Shown here: positions 33,952-47,276 of the stretch, piece by piece | Layout: each line of letters begins with the position of its first letter | Numbering within the stretch: position 1 is the first letter of the stretch | Assembly (NCBI GenBank): GCA_000002445.1 | Contig: CH464491.1 | Location: 4,352,001 to 4,416,000 of the forward strand | Origin: Trypanosoma brucei | Taxonomy: Eukaryota | Direction of reading: 5' to 3' | Length of the DNA: 64,000 bases | Position numbers and translations under genes: made by a program | Notes under the pieces: model-generated | Seen by the model: only the letters and a program-made list of their open reading frames with translations | The model's database searches: none | Told to the model about the DNA's origin: nothing

Positions 33952-34308
33952 CTACAGTGGGTTGTTGGATCCACGCGGACCTCCCTCCGCCCATGACGGC
34001 TTTGGAATTTCACCCTCGCGAAAATTCTTCACCTGCTCTACCGACCACTGGCGCGCTTGCATCTTCTGCACTTCTACCGACTGCGCTGCTTCCTCCTTCT
34101 TTTCTTGAATCTGTCGCGCGGTATGTTTGATACCGGCACCGAGGTCAATACCGAAGAAAATCATCACAAAGAAGAACATGGCCACGCCAGACCAGGGAAT
34201 ACACCTAAAGGCTGCAGCCAGTGCGCTCTCCTGCCTTTCCCTTTGCGCCAACACATGGCGCTCCCAGCGGCGCAGCTTCAGAAAGTCGCAGAACATGCGA
34301 ACCCCCAT
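33952..34308 (-). CDS. Candidate small membrane protein (118 aa) with a single strongly hydrophobic helix (VAMFFFVMIFFGIDLGAGI) followed by a charged tail
   Basis: The first real ATG is at 34306-34308; the track start at 34425 is GTG. The ORF is a GC-normal island of about 55% GC inside AT-rich low-complexity DNA. Just upstream on the coding strand (34310-34400) is a poly-pyrimidine tract followed by AG, as expected for a trans-splice acceptor. Confidence 0.45.
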   Translation of the reverse strand: MGVRMFCDFLKLRRWERHVLAQRERQESALAAAFRCIPWSGVAMFFFVMIFFGIDLGAGIKHTARQIQEKKEEAAQSVEVQKMQARQWSVEQVKNFREGEIPKPSWAEGGPRGSNNPL

Positions 34309-34690
34309 TACGGTTACTCGGTGACTCACTATTACAACAAAGCTCTTTCCTTCCCCCCCTTTTTTTTTCGAAATAATAATAATAATAAACAAAAAGAAAC
34401 AAAGGTAGACGCATGAGTAATACACTTTTTGAAAGGATACAATGCATCAAACGAGTTGTATACGTACAAATACACAGAGGGCACGAGTATCCGTGCATCC
34501 GTAAATATTCGTAGGAGTGAAACATATAAACCCCGGTACAAATGGATGTACATGGACACAAAACAACAGGTGATTGCACAGACTGCATGTTTTGTGTTTG
34601 TATCGCGTGCGCATGCTTACGTGTATATGTGTTTGGTGCTTGTGTTTGCGTACTTGTTTGTATATTTATTTCTTATATGTATAAATACGC

Positions 34691-34715
34691 ATATATATAT
34701 ATATATATATATATA
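34691..34715. repeat. (TA)12 microsatellite
   Basis: Direct read. Confidence 0.9.
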
Positions 34716-36106
34716 AGCTTCGATGTGTCAACAGACACTAGTCACACATAGCCACACTCTTGTGCAGGAAACATAAAAATAAAATTATTAAAAAAAAAAC
34801 AACAACACTCACCTCCAGCGTCGCTTAAAAGGCAACAGACGGTGAACTCTTCGCCTCAACCTTCTTCTTCGCTCCTTCTCTTCTTTTTTTTTGTTTTTTG
34901 CTTACCTTTCGTTTGCTTCCTGCTAGCGATGTCATTTCCTTCCTCTTCCCTTCAACACTCGTCCTCACCATACACAAACAAAATACAGGGACGCCGTCCC
35001 CCACCATCCATGCCGTCCGAGGAAAAAAAAAAAACATCAACAACAACAACAATAATAAAGAATGCAACACAAAACACGAACTCACACTCGTACATTAAAT
35101 ATAACAATTATCATTTGTCCTCCCTTTCCCACATGGGCCAGCAGTATTTAAGCGAGGAGAACAACAACGTGCTAAAGGCAAAAATCTAATGCAACAATTA
35201 CTCATTGTTAACATCTTCACACAAACAAACACATGGATGTATAAACTGCGCATACAAATATGAGTAAATGTAAACATATATTTATTCATACTTATGTTTG
35301 TGAGTTTGTGAATTTGCGACGTACATTTATGCTCATGCGTGGGATTCTAATGTGGTGGACGAAACAAAGATGTACGTTTCTTTTTTTTTTTCCTTCGTAA
35401 GTATGTAATTGAGTGACAGAGCTTAATCAGCTCGGTTAGACCGTGTTTGAGGAAGTGAAGGCAAATATAAACAAAAACAGGAAAAGGAAAAGGAAGATAA
35501 ACGAAAATGAAAATGAAAACACGAAACAGCAGGAAAAAAAAAATCGGTACATCTAACAACGAAAACAAAAAACAAAAAACAAAAAACAAAAAAAACACCG
35601 GCTAATTTTCTCTTCTCTGTCCCTTCGTCACCGCCACCACCATCTCCCCCTTCTTTAATTTATTTATTTTTTTTCTTCGCTCATGTTAGTTTCTTCTTCT
35701 TATGTTGCTGCAGTGCCGTAGAGCCATATTTCACCTTTTGTATTTTTGTGTTCATCGAACCTCATGGCATGAAATGCGGCGGCATGCTGCAACTCATAAT
35801 TAATGAAAAAAAAAACAAAAACAGCAGGGGATGAGAGGTTGAGGATGGGAAGAAAAGTAAATGAGAGAAAGAAAGAGGTGAGGCGGAGCTTTAAAAAAAG
35901 GCGTGAAATAAAAAAAAAAGGAAAGCAAACAAACAAACAAACAAACACACGGAGCAGAAGGATGCGAAAGAAAGAATGAATGAATGAAAGAAAAAATAAA
36001 ATTGAAAAACAAAAACAAAAACAAAAACCATCCGACAACTACTAACCTGTACAACTGTAAACGGCATATTGGGATTATTTCATTTACTTTGAGCGCATTC
36101 ATACGT

Positions 36107-36187
36107 GTATATATATATATATATATATATATGTGTTGAGTTATTCACCTTTTCCTCTTTTCTCTCGTGTGTGTGTGTGTGTGTGTG
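36107..36187. repeat. Compound microsatellite: (TA)13 at 36107-36132, then a spacer, then (GT)10 at 36167-36187
   Basis: Direct read. Confidence 0.9.
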
Positions 36188-37977
36188 CGGGTGGCATTCT
36201 TCTAAAAATAAAACAGGTGAGACACGAGTAAACGAGCAAATGAAATATGTGGTGTGTGTGTGGGGGGGGGGAAATCTGTGGCATCGGTATCATAAAGGAT
36301 GCGTCTAAGTGATCTAAGCAGATACCAAAGCAAACAAAAAATAAAGTTAAAAAAGAAAGAGAAGGAATGGACTGGACTGGACTGGGTGGTAAGAAAAAGA
36401 AAAGAAAGAAAAGAGAAGATGTACTGAAACAAAGTCGAAAGAACAAATATATCCGACACAAATGTGTGAATTGCTTCTTCCCTCCCCTCCCTCCTTCCCC
36501 TTTTCTTTCTGTTTCATTTTCTTCTTCCATTCTAATATTACCTCTCCCTTTCACCACAACATAATTTTTTTTTAAAAGAAAGAAAGAAAAGGTGGAAAAA
36601 AAAAAAGAGTAGCCGCACCGAAGCAACAACGCCCGTACAGAAATACAAACGCACACGCACGAACACAAGCCAAAAACAATTTAAAAAAAGGCAGAAGAAG
36701 CTGGAACAGTGAACAAACACACGTGGCACACACGAAAGCGACCACACGTGTACAAACAAAACAAAAACAAGAAAAAGAAAAAGAGGGGAACAAACACAAA
36801 ACACTCAAAACACTCAAAACACAAAACACTCAAAACAAACACACACGCGCATACGTGAAACAACCAAAGATGCGCAGATATCGTATAAATATACACAACA
36901 ACATACGCAGCAAGTGGTTGCCTTTTTTTTAAAAAAATTAATTGGTGTTGTTGCTGTTGTTTCTTCTTGACAGTTCTCACTATTTTCTTTCCTTTTGCTT
37001 TCCCTTGACAAAATTCATGCATCTAATGTAAAATAAAAACGTAAAGAAAAGTGAGGAAGGGTAAAACCAAGAAAAGGAAGGAAAGAAAGAAAGAAAAAGA
37101 CTAAGTAAGTAAGTAAATAAGAATACGTAATCTGATTCTTTAAACTTACCGACTGCCTCTTTCCCCTTCCTTTTGTGTTTCCCTTTCCTCCTGTGTATCA
37201 CTTCTTCTATACAACTCGTTTCCTCTTCTCCATCACAACATCTGTTGTCTGCTCTTTCTCTTTCTCTCTCTCTCGCTCTTCCCCACATTTTCTTTTCTTT
37301 CTCTTTTCTTTTCTACTTACAAAATATTTAGTTATTTAATTATTTGTAACTTTTTTCTCCTTTCTCTTTGTGTTCTGTTTGCGTTTGTTTGCTTGTTTGA
37401 GATAATTATTTCCTCTTTGGAACTCCTCTTTCTCTCTTTAGTTTACCCCTCTCCATACGACTGTTTGGGTCATTTCCTCCCTCACACTTTTTCCCATGCC
37501 TTTATTTCATTTATTCATATAAGTATATATATATATATGAATGATTTCCTCTTTTCTCCGAGGACTTCTCTTCTCTCTTTCCTCCCTTTTGTTCTTCCCT
37601 TCTCTCTTTTTTTTTGTTTTGCTTTCTTTTTGCTTTTACTAACGGTATCTTGAGGAGAGAAAAGAAAAATTTCTTCTCAAAATCGCCGCTCCTAAAGCCA
37701 ACAAAAGGCCTCAACATCTGATGGCCAACAAACGCCAAAAAAAAAAAACGCACACGACGAGGGAAAAGAATAAAGAAAGAGGGAGAGTGCCCACCTCGAA
37801 GCAAAACGAAAAGGAAAAGGAAATAAACCCAAACTCCAGAATGCGGTAAAGAAAAGATGTCGATGGAGGGTTAAAACAAAAAGAACAAACAAGAAAGGGA
37901 ACAAACAAAGAAGCACGCAACACACCACAACCAAACACAAGACATTTTACACAGCAGAGTGTAACGAAGTAAACCAA

Positions 37978-39258
37978 TCAAAAGTCAGGTACTTCACTAG
38001 GCATAGTCAGTTTAGCCACTTCACCATACTTTGAGCTGCTGTACTTGCGACGCACCGATTGGTAACGCGTTGTGGAGACGTAACTCACAAAATCTAACAT
38101 GGTCCTCGCGCACGCCTTGAAATCACGTACTTGAGCCTTACTGTAGTACTGAAGCTGACGAGTCCATATGATATCGTTGTTCAGCACATACGATGAGCCT
38201 TGCTCTTTCATGTGTAGTGTCACTAGTGCAAGAAACAAGGCGGCCTTTGCTTGCTGCGACGGGGAGAACTGAAGGCATTTGTAATCAAGCATGCCGTGGT
38301 CAAGAAAAAAGAAAGCGGTGTGCCGAAGCTGTAGAACATATGCCGTGCATTCCTCATCAGAGCGCGGCTGCGAACGCGACTGTGAGCGGGAACGCGACAG
38401 AGATTGTGGTTGTGACTGTGATGCTTGCATTTGTGTCTGTTGAGATTGAGATTGCGACTGCGATTGGATCTGCTGTAGCTGATGTGACAACTGTTGCGTC
38501 TGCTGCTGCCGCTCGAGGCCCTCAACAACGTCAAGTAATCGAACAATGAAAGGAAACGGCGTTGGAACAGTAAAGCGGAAGGACAGCTCAGTGCACATCT
38601 CACGTTCCATGCGAATGACCTCATCACGAGTGTAGGTATTGGCACATATGTACACGCACTCCTTCACCTCCGGAGGCCATATCTCTTCGTACTTGGCAGC
38701 AAGAAGAATGGCGGTGATACCAACTAACTGCAGCTTTGAACGCGGTATGTACCGTCCGGTCGTACGCCTCGTGTTAACAGAAGAAAGGTAGCGGTCTACG
38801 ATGCTCACCGTGAGGTAAAGCGTCTCGGGATGTAGTTTAAACTTTAGGTGAACGTCAATAAGCCAATCGACGAGAATCATTCGCATTTTCTCGTTTATCT
38901 CTGGCTGGTACGTTAAATAGCGGGGTGACGGAAGGACCTGACCGTATATAGCCTCCTTCTCACTTTCCATGTACATTGTTGTGATGTCCTTAATAACATC
39001 GCTGCAGTATACCGGATTATTCTCACGAAGCCGGTCAGCATGAGGGCTTACAGATGACTCCTTCCCTGCCGTACCTACGGGGCTGTAGAGACTTGAGCGA
39101 AGGCTTAACAAACTGCCGGAGCCGTGTCGCACAGCGCTGGATGAGTAAGGATAACGACACGACTCTAAATTAGCGCTGCGCCGCTGAGCAAGTCGCTGCT
39201 TCACATCTCCAGAACCTGTGGACAGGTTTGAGACCTCACGAAGTGCCGTGGGATTCAT
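37978..39258 (-). CDS. B-type (mitotic) cyclin, 426 aa, with a Q/SQ/RS-rich low-complexity insert between the two cyclin folds
   Basis: ATG verified at 39256-39258. Cyclin-box signature: MRMILVDWLIDVHLKFKLHPETLYLTVSIVDRYL. Insert: RQQQTQQLSHQLQQIQSQSQSQSQQTQMQASQSQPQSLSRSRSQSRSQPRSDEE. Sitting next to a dihydrolipoamide dehydrogenase gene resembles the CYC6 neighbourhood I recall on T. brucei chromosome 11. That is from memory and not verified. Confidence 0.88.
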   Translation of the reverse strand: MNPTALREVSNLSTGSGDVKQRLAQRRSANLESCRYPYSSSAVRHGSGSLLSLRSSLYSPVGTAGKESSVSPHADRLRENNPVYCSDVIKDITTMYMESEKEAIYGQVLPSPRYLTYQPEINEKMRMILVDWLIDVHLKFKLHPETLYLTVSIVDRYLSSVNTRRTTGRYIPRSKLQLVGITAILLAAKYEEIWPPEVKECVYICANTYTRDEVIRMEREMCTELSFRFTVPTPFPFIVRLLDVVEGLERQQQTQQLSHQLQQIQSQSQSQSQQTQMQASQSQPQSLSRSRSQSRSQPRSDEECTAYVLQLRHTAFFFLDHGMLDYKCLQFSPSQQAKAALFLALVTLHMKEQGSSYVLNNDIIWTRQLQYYSKAQVRDFKACARTMLDFVSYVSTTRYQSVRRKYSSSKYGEVAKLTMPSEVPDF

Positions 39259-41355
39259 TGCCGTGCAGGACCCCTAATTTTGTACTAGTCGTGCGCAGTC
39301 TGCGAATGTCTAGTGTGTGTACGTTTGTGCGCGTTCGTTCGTAACTCCACTTTTACGTGCTCTTACTTTGCTGATGTTGCTATTTATTTTTTTTGTTGCT
39401 TAAATACTTCTTTCTGAAGTAGGCCTTGGTAAACTGGAAAGTGGAAGGCAAGGTAGTTGAACCGCTTCCTTCACGCCCTCCGGCCTCTCGTTAGACGTTC
39501 AACTAATGCACGTTTCGTTACAACAGTCTCCCCTTGCGTTTCGCTGTTGTTGCTCGCTCAGATGGACTCACTCCTTTCAATCTTCAGCTGTATGTGTGAA
39601 CCTTAGAGGAACACGGGTACCTTCTCCGTTTCTATTCACGCCTAACCTCTTCAGTGCACCGTCCTTCTTACTTTTTGAATAGAAACCTGATGTTGCCCTC
39701 CTCTTATCCCTGCTTATTCGTAGTTTTATTTTAATCTTTCCCTGTTTGCTATAACGTACCAGTTATTCCGTTGGAGCCAAATTGTTCGGAGCGTTGTGGG
39801 AGGAGCGAAAATAAGACAAAACAAAAATGAAAGGGGAAAAAAAGGGACAGAAAGATACGAAATAAAAGAAAGGTATGTCAGTTTGAGTTTTTTTAACAAA
39901 AAGCCACACCGAAGCATTCAAAAGCAGCAGTCCCTCTCGTTGCTCTCAAGCAAGAACGTGATTAAGTTTTTTAAAAAAAAACGACCGAATAAAAGAGTTT
40001 AAACCTTCTTTTTCGTTTTGCTTTGGCATGATAATCAAAATATGAGAAAGAATAAGAAACGGATGACCTATCGAGAAAATATAGGTAAGGAATTTCGACA
40101 TCTGGCGTGGAGGGGGAAAAAAAGAGGACGAAAAAAAAAAAAGAAGAGCAAACAACCATGCGCGGGCAACAGAATGTGGAGGGAAAGAGGGGGGGGAGGG
40201 AACCCGAAAAGAACTCACAGCTCTCCATCATCATTGCCACACGCCTCACACTTTACGGGACATTCTCTACGCCTTATTTCCTCCTCACTCTCTCTTCCTC
40301 ATATCTCCTTCCTCACATGCCGCTGGGGGTATGCTTCAGTTAGTTCATGCTGATTCGGCCGTTGTTGTTGTTTTTGCTAGCGTTTCACTCACAACAACTA
40401 CTTGAATGAAGTTTAGTAACGATCGTTCGCTGAAGACACGGCTTTGCTGACGGACGCCCAGCACCTTTATACGAATGTAGCCGCATGTTAAACGTAGACT
40501 GTTCTCCTTGCTTTTTTTATACGTTCGGTAAGTCGTTTCTATTTTTGCTCTTTCTTTTGCTTTTTATTTTGTTTGAATCATTTTTGGTCCTTCACTCTTG
40601 TCTTAAATTCACGCTCTTCTGTTTGACAACCGTTAAATATAGTCGAACACACTGCTCCCCCCGCAATTAAACTTCGCACTAAACTCTAGTTTATCACTTA
40701 TTTTTTTTTTCGTTATTTCCTTTCCTGTTCCTCACATCATCCTCGAATCAAATTCTTCTTCTTTGAGCTTTGTATTCTTCACGTCTCCCACTGATGTGAT
40801 GATTCATTCACGCCCGCCCCCAACAACGACTGCGAATTATGGGTTTTACTTTGCCAATAACCGAACCACCCGTTGACGGCGTATCGTCGTTTCGTCATCC
40901 TTCTCCCCACCCCCTAAATGTCGCTCAATATTTAATTTGTTTAACCCCCTTCTCCCAAACCCTTTACGCTCCCCCTCCCCTACACGCCCGTCCCATTTCC
41001 TCACCGTTTCTACTAATTCACCCGTTTCACAGCTCAAATGTAAACAATATAACGAATAAAAGGAACGAGAGAAAGAGAGAGAGGGAGAAACTAGAAGAGA
41101 TTCAACAAATAAATGCCCGCGTTAATACACATCCTTCAGCCACTATTCCTACACCGCTGATCCCGCAGAAAGGGGGGGGCGAGGCCGGTCACATGTAGTG
41201 ACCCGCATCCATTCGTTGTCTTCTGTCTTGTGTGTGTGTGTCTGTGTGTACATTCCCTCCTCGCTTACTCGCACTCAACCGACCCATATCTCCCCCCCTC
41301 CTCGTCCCCTATATGTGAAATGCGCATGTTTGCGTCCATTTATGATTGACTCACA

Positions 41356-42828
<1,473 letters not shown>

Positions 42829-43176
42829 CTACCGAGTTTATACTTCGATGTTGCTAGGGGTTGTTTGTTTGATGTTGGAGTGCGTATGCAGATGCTTCGA
42901 AGATATCCTCTTCCCTTCACAGGTCGCTCACTTCATTTTAAATGAGTAGAAAAAAGAAAAAAAAGAAAGGTGGAAAAAAAATTATGTACTCCGCTTTTTC
43001 CCACCGATGGAATGAAAGGCAGAAACGCTCCAGTATACAAGTTATTTATACCCATATATGCTTATGTACAAGCGACCCGACAGGCTTCGACTCCCACGAT
43101 AGCGCGTCAATCATTGCAAGTGATAACAGCACTAAAGCGGAAGTTCATAATGGAGGAAAAGGTAAGTAGTATGTGC

Positions 43177-43198
43177 ATATATATATATATATATATAT
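43177..43198. repeat. (TA)11 microsatellite
   Basis: Direct read. Confidence 0.9.
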
Positions 43199-43564
43199 GC
43201 TATCCTAGGGAGGAAAAATAAAAGGGAGACGTGCCACACAGGACGTGGCACAAGGCAACATTACAAATGGAACGTATGGTATAGCACACCAAGTATTATA
43301 ACAACCCCCCCTTTCCCCATATTAAACACATCACCGGCAGACTCACTTTTCCATTCACTTCCGCGCAAAGTAACGGCACTGGCAAAACATGAAGAAGCGA
43401 TGAGAGGTCAAGAAAGAGACCGGCGACAGTAAGAGAGCACATACCATGACATTACACCCCAACCGAAGAACAAACACGCAAGCAAAGTAACCCCGGGAGC
43501 AAAATGAATCCGCATCCACAGCAATGGCACAACCCAAACGAAGGTTACGAAAATTTTCTGCTCC

Positions 43565-44719
43565 CTACAGATGCTCCGCCAACTCCTCCCTCTGCTCTTT
43601 GGTTAGCATATCAGGCATCTCAAACAAAACCTTCACGTACAGGTCACCAAACTCTGATGGCACGTTGTGCCGAGGCATCCCCTTCCCGGGTACCTTCAGC
43701 ACCGAACCATATTGTGTGATACCTGTCTCATTCACGAAAAACTCCGACCCATCGAGATGCTCTACACGCCGCTGAAAGCCAAGAAGCGCCTCCTTCAACG
43801 TCACCACAAGCGTCATGTCGAGATCTACATCGTTTGCACGGCGGGAGAAACGGGGATGTTTCTTCGTCTGAACGCTCAAAAGGAGGTCTCCAGGAATCGT
43901 ATCGGGGGACTCATCCGCCTCCATCTCAAACGAAAGAACATGTCCTTCAGGCATACCGGCATCTATATCGACTGTAAGCTCCACATCAGCTCGATGCACA
44001 CCGTTGCCGCCACACACCCCACATCGTTCCTTCATAATACTGCCGCGCCCACCACAGTACGGGCAGGTTTGGCGTATTTCCTGAAACATGCCTGGGGCAA
44101 GCTGCAAACGTTGCCGCAAGATGCCATGCCCCCCGCAATGTTCACACGTTTTCAGCCCAGATGGGCGTTTGGCGCCCGTGCCCCGGCACTTAGTGCACAC
44201 CTTTTGCTTGTTAATAGTGACAGTTCGCCTACCACCCGTGTACACAACATCGAGAGGCAGGTGAAGTGTCGCCTCGGTATTCTTCCCCCTTAGGCGCCTG
44301 GCAGCGTGGTGACGGAAAAGCTGCGAGATTGAGCCAAACTGCTCTCCTCCACTCTCTGCCTCTAATCGCTTCAGCTGTCGCAACCCTTCCTCACCGCGCA
44401 TATCGTACATGCGGCGTTTCTTTTTGTCAGAAAGCACCTCATTTGCACGAGTGATTCTACTGAACATCTCACGCGCATCGCCACCAGAAGAAACATCTGG
44501 GTGATATTTACGGGAAAGTTCCCGGAACCTCTGTCGCACCTCCCTGTCAGTGGCCTCAGGAGTCAGACCGAGCACAGCGTAGTAGTCAATCTCATCCGCC
44601 CCATCCCCACTGTCATCATGGGAGTGCACAACGGGAGCGAAACCTAGACACGCAAAACTAACGAACAGAAAGGAAACAAGTTTTGTATTGGAAGTGTGGG
44701 CTGCCGCCAAACCCCGCAT
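43565..44719 (-). CDS. Type I DnaJ/Hsp40 chaperone with an N-terminal signal peptide (ER-lumenal type), 384 aa from the first ATG
   Basis: The track start at 44728 is TTG; the first ATG is at 44717-44719. Signal-like hydrophobic segment LVSFLFVSFACLGFAPVVHS. J domain with the HPD tripeptide (YYAVLGL...RKYHPDVS). Four CxxCxGxG zinc-finger repeats: CTKCRGTG, CEHCGGHG, CPYCGGRG, CGVCGGNG. Confidence 0.9.
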   Translation of the reverse strand: MRGLAAAHTSNTKLVSFLFVSFACLGFAPVVHSHDDSGDGADEIDYYAVLGLTPEATDREVRQRFRELSRKYHPDVSSGGDAREMFSRITRANEVLSDKKKRRMYDMRGEEGLRQLKRLEAESGGEQFGSISQLFRHHAARRLRGKNTEATLHLPLDVVYTGGRRTVTINKQKVCTKCRGTGAKRPSGLKTCEHCGGHGILRQRLQLAPGMFQEIRQTCPYCGGRGSIMKERCGVCGGNGVHRADVELTVDIDAGMPEGHVLSFEMEADESPDTIPGDLLLSVQTKKHPRFSRRANDVDLDMTLVVTLKEALLGFQRRVEHLDGSEFFVNETGITQYGSVLKVPGKGMPRHNVPSEFGDLYVKVLFEMPDMLTKEQREELAEHL

Positions 44720-45156
44720 CTTAACCAATAAATGAAGCTGGCGGCGGTGTTTGTGAACCCCGTACTGCTCCTACGACTGAAGCTCACCCACAACCCACAG
44801 CCTTGAAACCTTGATCGGAGTGTAGACGTATTCCTCTCTTCCGTTTACCCCTTTGCTCCCTTCCCAGCCACCTTCACCCTTGCCCTTTGTTATATTTGTT
44901 GCGGTGGCGACCCTCCCCCTATTGTATATATTAAGTGTTGTTATTCTAACCACACACGCCCCACACACAAGTGTATGTACGTGCGTTAGATGAAGAAAAA
45001 AAACAAAAAAAAATATTTGGGATTGAGAGGAACATGAAACAGAAAGTAGACATCGAAAAAGGAGTTGAACAGGAAGTGGAAGGAAAACCGAGCAACACAA
45101 TGCCAAAATATATATATAATTGTACTCGCATATAACTCTCGTAACGACCAGTAAAT

Positions 45157-45188
<32 letters not shown>
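45157..45188. repeat. (TA)16 microsatellite, followed by a (CA)n run at 45225-45243
   Basis: Direct read. Confidence 0.9.
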
Positions 45189-45191
<3 letters not shown>

Positions 45192-45582
45192 GGAGCTACA
45201 CCACTTCCGTCTCGTGCCAACACCATACACACACACACACACACACTTCCATCCGAGCTCCACTTTTACTTGGTATTTGATACCCTTCCCCCTTTTAATT
45301 TTTTTTTGAGGTTCTTCTCTACATCAGATCCCACAGCAATCTTCAACTGCAGAATTGACACCCACCCCAACTCGACGACCGCACGATTTAAGACGAAACA
45401 GAACACAGATAGAAGAATAGTAACACGAAAAAGGTAAAAAAAAAAAAAGAAGTGGAAACAATTATTTTCCTTTTGAAAGAAAAAAAAACAGGAACCTGAC
45501 GACATTAATGAAAACAATCAAACAGAACCTCACGCACCACAATAATTCATTGCGTGACCACACCATTAAATTGTTCCCGTCA

Positions 45583-46287
45583 TCACGATGACTGACCTGG
45601 CATTGGTTTGTACCCCGTTTGCGCCACAGGTGTCATGGCCTGCTGGCCGAGTCGCAGGTTCACATCGGTTACTCCAAGAGGAGCGCCTCCCTGGCGGCCA
45701 GACCGATTCTCTGCTGAATGCTGCGCAGCTTCACCCATAAGTCGCTCCTGCTCCTCTCGAGTTACCTCCCGCGTGGCAGTTCGCGTAAACATCATGCTGC
45801 TACGTTGTGTGATCATGAGCCGCCGTACGTGAAAAGAAAGGTTACCTTCATGTTCATCTGCGGCCAATACGCGGGAAATAAACCACTGTTGAACAACTAT
45901 ATACGGGATAGTTGAAGCTGCCAACCCAAACATGACCTGACCAACAGTCGATATGTTACGAATGAGCCATGAGGGTTTCTCTTCCCGCCCCTTGCCGCCA
46001 ATGGGTGTCAGCGCACGTCTCACGCGATGCCATGCAAATCGTGAGCTCACTTTGTAGCCAACAAAAAAAGCAAGCGGCATGCCAACAAGGGTCCCCAGCA
46101 TTCCCTGCCAAACGAGTTGTTTCTCTGGCGGAGTCAAATTCTCCTCGTAGTTCTGAAGAAACTTTATCAGGTCAGTACGAGTGTAGGGTTTCGTCTTCTC
46201 GTCGAAATTCATCATCGCCATGCCGGCGGTAACTGTGCCCAGTTCCCGCACACCTCCCCCTCCACCGCTGCTGTCACCTGAAGACAT
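45583..46287 (-). CDS. Hypothetical small membrane protein (234 aa) with two predicted transmembrane helices and a Gly-rich N-terminus
   Basis: ATG verified at 46285-46287. Hydrophobic segments: LVGMPLAFFVGY and VGQVMFGLAASTIPYIVV. Confidence 0.6.
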   Translation of the reverse strand: MSSGDSSGGGGGVRELGTVTAGMAMMNFDEKTKPYTRTDLIKFLQNYEENLTPPEKQLVWQGMLGTLVGMPLAFFVGYKVSSRFAWHRVRRALTPIGGKGREEKPSWLIRNISTVGQVMFGLAASTIPYIVVQQWFISRVLAADEHEGNLSFHVRRLMITQRSSMMFTRTATREVTREEQERLMGEAAQHSAENRSGRQGGAPLGVTDVNLRLGQQAMTPVAQTGYKPMPGQSS

Positions 46288-47276
46288 GAAAAGGCCAGTT
46301 GAAACCGAGGTTGATGCACTTTCTGCACTAATATAAGCGGTTTAAAAGAGTGGATAGAAGGTAAGTATGCGTACATGTATAAAGTTGTATCATGGAATGT
46401 AAGACAGCAAGGAAACAAACTCCGCACAACGCCGCGGTAAGTCACACCTATTCGTGTTCCCTTCCTCGCCTGCGACTATCGAAGTGAAAAACCTACGCCC
46501 CCACACACGCGCATTCTATCGGTATTGCCCTTTTGCTATCCACTCCGTACCTTTACCACGACAAATTCTTCTTCATTATCTACGTAGAGGTTCTGAGTGG
46601 TCCGAACGAAATTTTTTAAAAAAATGGGCTCCACCATCCCCTTTCACAGGGCGACGAACGAGGGCAGGGGGCATGTGCCAACGGCAGGGGCGACGCGAAA
46701 AGGGTTGAAAATGGAGTCGTACCTTTTCTACCCTTTCTCACCCCTCCTCCCTGCTCTTTTGTCTTTTTTTTTTCTTCTTTTTCCTTCTGTCACGTAGAAG
46801 ACGGCACACATTAAGACCATATGAGAATCTTGCATTCACTTTGATGATGTTGTTGTTGTTTTTTTTAAAAAAATAATACCTCTTCCTACTGTCCTCCTCT
46901 TCATTTTGTTCTTAATTCGATGGAAATAACAAACAAGATCCACCTTTCATTCCTTTTCTTTTTTCTTTTTACTCTTAACGAATAATTGTTTATCTCGACC
47001 ACAACCCTCATCTCCAATATAATTTACCCTAACCCCTCCCTCTCACGCACATCGGTACGTCCATACTCATATTTTCTTTCCGCACTATACTCCTCTGTCA
47101 CGCGGAGGACACCAACGTTGTCTTACGCCTCCCTCCAATTCTCCTCTTTATAATGCGGTGGAAACAGGATATTTCTCCTCTCTTCGTATGTATCTTACGC
47201 GACTAAGTGTGGAGGGTGCACCTACATATAAATATATATTTATATATATGCATGTGCGCGACGAAGTTAGACTTCA

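Larger units (their letters stand above)
33256..37977 (-). other. 4.7-kb gene-poor low-complexity spacer immediately 3' of the cyclin gene. Probably an exceptionally long 3'UTR/intergenic region carrying many microsatellites.
   Basis: No ORF with normal composition except the 33952-34308 island. Repeats read directly: (TA)n at 34691-34715 and 36107-36132, (GT)n at 36167-36187, AAAACA/CAAA tandem runs at 35565-35600 and 35925-35950, an AAAACACTC tandem at 36797-36835, and GGACT x3 at 36368-36385. Confidence 0.6.
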
